From: Verrucomicrobia bacterium UBA6176
Lineage (GTDB): Bacteria > Verrucomicrobiota > Verrucomicrobiia > Limisphaerales > UBA9464
Direction of reading: 5' to 3'
Assembly (NCBI GenBank): GCA_002422905.1
Contig: DITU01000116.1
Coordinates: 40,717-104,716, forward strand
DNA: 64,000 nucleotides
Under the pieces are notes generated by a model. That model was not told the origin of the DNA and did no database searches. It saw only the letters and a list, made by a program, of their open reading frames with translations. Within the stretch, counting starts at the first letter, position 1, and the number at the start of each line of letters is the position of its first letter. Below are positions 61,383 to 64,000 of the stretch, in pieces. The position numbers were made by a program, and so were the translations under genes.

Positions 61383-64000
61383 ATGAAGAGCCGTTCTTCA
61401 TGCCCGAAACTGGCTGCCGCGCTCCTGGCTGCGTCGGCCCTGGCCGAAATACCCGAGCCCTATGACTCGGAGAAATCACAGAGCCGTCCGCTTTCTCCAG
61501 AACAGGCTGCTGCCGAGTGGAGATTGCCGCCCGGTTTCAAGGCGACCGTCTTTGCTGCCGAACCGGAGGTGCGCCAGCCAATCGCCTTGGCCATGGACGC
61601 TCGGGGACGCCTTTGGGTGGCCGAGTGTTACACCTACGCCGAGGCGAAGATGGGATTCGATGGCGACCTTCGGGATCGCATCGTGATCTTCGAGGATGCC
61701 GATGGTGACGGGCGTTTCGACAAACGGACCGTGTTTGCGGAAGACTTGCAGCGGTTGAGCAGCATTGAGCTCGGCTTCGGCGGTGTCTGGGCCCTCACCA
61801 GTCCGACCTTGGTCTTCATCCCGGACCAGGATGGAGATGATCGTCCCGACGGCCCGGCGAGGGTGATGCTGGACGGTTTCGAGTGGCGGCAGAATCACCA
61901 TACGATGGCCAACGGGCTGAGATGGGGACCCGATGGATGGCTTTACGGCCGGCACGGTATCCAGGCGACATCGACCCTGGGCATGCCCGGAGCCCCGGAG
62001 GAGGGACGGGCAAGGATCAATGGCGGGATCTGGCGGTATCATCCACAAAGGCAGACGGTGGAGATCGTTTGTGAAGGTACCACCAATCCGTGGGGCATGG
62101 ACTGGAACGAGTACGGCGAAGCCTTCTTCATCAACACCGTCATCGGCCATCTCTGGCATGTCACGGCCGGCGCGCACTATCGCCGGATGCATGGCAATGA
62201 TCTCAATCCGCATGTCTACGAGGTCATCGAACAGCACGCGGATCATGTTCACTGGGCCTCAGGAGAGCGCTGGAACGACTGGCAGAAGTTGGGGACCACG
62301 GATGCGACCTCGTTGGCGGGCGGGGGTCACGCCCACACGGGCCTGATGTTCTACGGTGGCGACAACTGGCCGGCGGAATGGCGAGGGAAACTTCTGACGA
62401 TCAATTTCAACGGTCGCCGCCTGAATGTGGAGAACGTCGTGCGTCACGGTTCCGGCTACATCGGAAAACATGCGCCGGACATCGGCTTCTCCGCCGATCC
62501 CTGGTTTCGCGGCATGGATCTCGTTTATGGACCGGATGGCGGGGTGTTCATCGCCGATTGGTCCGACACCGGCGAGTGTCACGATGACGACGGTGTCTCA
62601 CGGCAGTCCGGTCGGATTTACAAGATCACCCATGGTCCAGCGGCGCGTCCGGTTGTTGGGGACGTGATGAAGTTGGCGCCGCAGGAATTGGTCCCGTTGT
62701 TGGATCACAGGAACGAGTTCTACGCCCGCCACGCCCGACGACGTCTGCAGGAGCTTGCCGCAAGCGGTGTGGATCTCACCGGCATCCATGCTGCCCTGCG
62801 CCGGAAGTTCTCCCGTGATCCCGGGGTGGTAGGACAACTCCGAGCCTTGTGGTCCCTGCACACGAGCGGGGGAACGGATCGGGACTTTCTCCGTGCCCAA
62901 TTGAACCACACCAATCCTCATGTGCGCGCATGGGCCATCCGATTCCTCGTGGATGACAGATCGATCATGGCGGGGGACCAGGCCTCCACGGAATCGCTTA
63001 ACCAATTGGCCTCCACGGAATCCTCGTCCTTTGTTCGCCTCGCGCTCGCTTCCGCATTGCAACGGTTGCCGTTGGGCGTGCGCCCTGCGTTGGCCCGCCC
63101 GCTGTTGGGACAGGTTGCCAACGCCAAGGACCACAATCTTCCGCAGATGATCTGGTATGGGGTCGAGCCGCTCGGCGATTCCGACCCCGACGCCCTGGCC
63201 GCCTTGGGTGTCGGGTGCGAGTTGCCGCTGACCCGTCGATGCATCGCTCGGCGCCTCACCGGGATCCGCGAAAGGACCGGCGCGCCACTGGATCTCCTGC
63301 TGATGAAGGCGGCGTCGGATCCGGGTTGGCAGGCTGATGTTCTGGGGGGAATGTGGGAGGCCTTGAAAGGAGAACGCCAGGCGACACCGCCCCAGGCGTG
63401 GAAAACCGCGGCCCCGGTCTTCGCCAAGAACAGGGACGCGAAGGTGAACGGATCGTTCCGTGCCCTTGGATCCATCTTCGCCGACCCCCTGGCGATCGAA
63501 GCCACGCGGGTGGCGGCCCGGGATCGCTCGGTGGGTGTCGAAATCCGCCGGGACGCGTTGCGGTCGCTGATCGATGGCCGGGCTGTTGGACTTCGTCAGG
63601 TCTGCGAGGAGGTTTTGTCGGAGCAGGGCCTTGCGGCCACCGCTGCCGCGGGGCTGGCACTGGAAGAGGATCCGGCGGTGGCGGATCTCATTCTCGCAAG
63701 GTTCCCGTCAATTGCGTCCGCAGAAAGAGGACCGGTGCTTGGCGTGCTGCTCTCGCGGTCCGCCTGGGCGGGTCGTGTGTTGGAAGCCGTTGCCTCGGGC
63801 GGATTGTCGCGTTTGGAGATCACACCTTTCCACGCGCGCCAGATCCGGGGCTTCAATGACCCCACATTGACACGCCGTCTGGGCGAGATCTGGGGTGTGT
63901 CCCGCGACTCGGACTCGGACAGGCTGAAGCAGATGGCCCACTGGAAGTCCCGCCTGACTCCTGAAGTGCTCGCGGGAGCGAACCACGTCCGGGGTCGTGC
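61383..64000 (+). CDS. Membrane-bound-dehydrogenase-domain / HEAT-repeat protein (PVC type), 3' end beyond the window
   Basis: This is my own translation; the ORF is absent from the supplied track because it has no stop in the window. Sequence: MKSRSSCPKLAAALLAASALA...PPGFKATVFAAEPEVRQPIALAMDARGRLWVAECYTY...DGDGRFDKRTVFAEDL...TNPWGMDWNEYGEAFFINTV...GRIYKI, followed by HEAT-like repeats. The frame is open for 872 codons to nt 64000. Confidence 0.75.
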   Translation, partial: MKSRSSCPKLAAALLAASALAEIPEPYDSEKSQSRPLSPEQAAAEWRLPPGFKATVFAAEPEVRQPIALAMDARGRLWVAECYTYAEAKMGFDGDLRDRIVIFEDADGDGRFDKRTVFAEDLQRLSSIELGFGGVWALTSPTLVFIPDQDGDDRPDGPARVMLDGFEWRQNHHTMANGLRWGPDGWLYGRHGIQATSTLGMPGAPEEGRARINGGIWRYHPQRQTVEIVCEGTTNPWGMDWNEYGEAFFINTVIGHLWHVTAGAHYRRMHGNDLNPHVYEVIEQHADHVHWASGERWNDWQKLGTTDATSLAGGGHAHTGLMFYGGDNWPAEWRGKLLTINFNGRRLNVENVVRHGSGYIGKHAPDIGFSADPWFRGMDLVYGPDGGVFIADWSDTGECHDDDGVSRQSGRIYKITHGPAARPVVGDVMKLAPQELVPLLDHRNEFYARHARRRLQELAASGVDLTGIHAALRRKFSRDPGVVGQLRALWSLHTSGGTDRDFLRAQLNHTNPHVRAWAIRFLVDDRSIMAGDQASTESLNQLASTESSSFVRLALASALQRLPLGVRPALARPLLGQVANAKDHNLPQMIWYGVEPLGDSDPDALAALGVGCELPLTRRCIARRLTGIRERTGAPLDLLLMKAASDPGWQADVLGGMWEALKGERQATPPQAWKTAAPVFAKNRDAKVNGSFRALGSIFADPLAIEATRVAARDRSVGVEIRRDALRSLIDGRAVGLRQVCEEVLSEQGLAATAAAGLALEEDPAVADLILARFPSIASAERGPVLGVLLSRSAWAGRVLEAVASGGLSRLEITPFHARQIRGFNDPTLTRRLGEIWGVSRDSDSDRLKQMAHWKSRLTPEVLAGANHVRGR

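Noticed and set aside
1-64000. rRNA, tRNA, tmRNA, riboswitch, transposase or integrase genes
   Set aside because: I scanned by eye for conserved tRNA T-arm/acceptor patterns, rRNA blocks and DDE/tyrosine-recombinase motifs and saw none. Absence cannot be proven without tRNAscan, Infernal or HMM runs.

Overview
This is a high-GC chromosomal segment (roughly 60-65% by eye). Its gene content fits a PVC-superphylum bacterium, most likely Verrucomicrobiota; that assignment is inference from gene families only. About 40 protein-coding genes are supportable.

Main content, in order:
- A DUF1553/DUF1501 pair.
- An exopolysaccharide export trio: outer-membrane barrel, Wza-like protein and Wzc-like tyrosine kinase.
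- mutS.
- Two paralogous ECF-sigma + zinc-ribbon Ser/Thr-kinase + WD40 modules.
- A PEP-CTERM protein built from an unnamed ~50-aa repeat.
- A giant reprolysin-like/Calx-beta/beta-propeller protein.
- A third ECF sigma factor that has no kinase.
- glgB translationally coupled to an orphan AddB-like nuclease.
- A domain-permuted PEP-utilising enzyme and an orphan sugar-ABC ATPase.
- A four-gene DUF1549/1553-DUF1501-WD40 operon.
- Two DUF1559 prepilin-like genes, upp, a dehydroquinate-synthase-like cyclase, a NodB deacetylase and a D-aminoacylase.
- A 3'-open membrane-bound-dehydrogenase/HEAT gene at 61383-64000 that the supplied ORF track does not list.

I found no rRNA, tRNA, CRISPR array, transposase or integrase.

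The most unusual part is 19.8-24.25 kb. It is a mosaic of kinase fragments: a paralog without its 5' end, a kinase/WD40 chimera and two ~35-nt start-of-gene stubs. These are interleaved with opposite-strand toxin-antitoxin cassettes, one intact and one degraded, plus a 168-bp element with 20-bp perfect terminal inverted repeats.

Several dispersed repeat families punctuate the window. One is a family of REP-like GC hairpin arrays headed by the palindrome GCGGAATGAATTCCGC, and it sits at the borders of all the sigma/kinase modules. I could not demonstrate a clear-cut new multi-gene system from sequence alone. The best candidates for follow-up are listed under findings.
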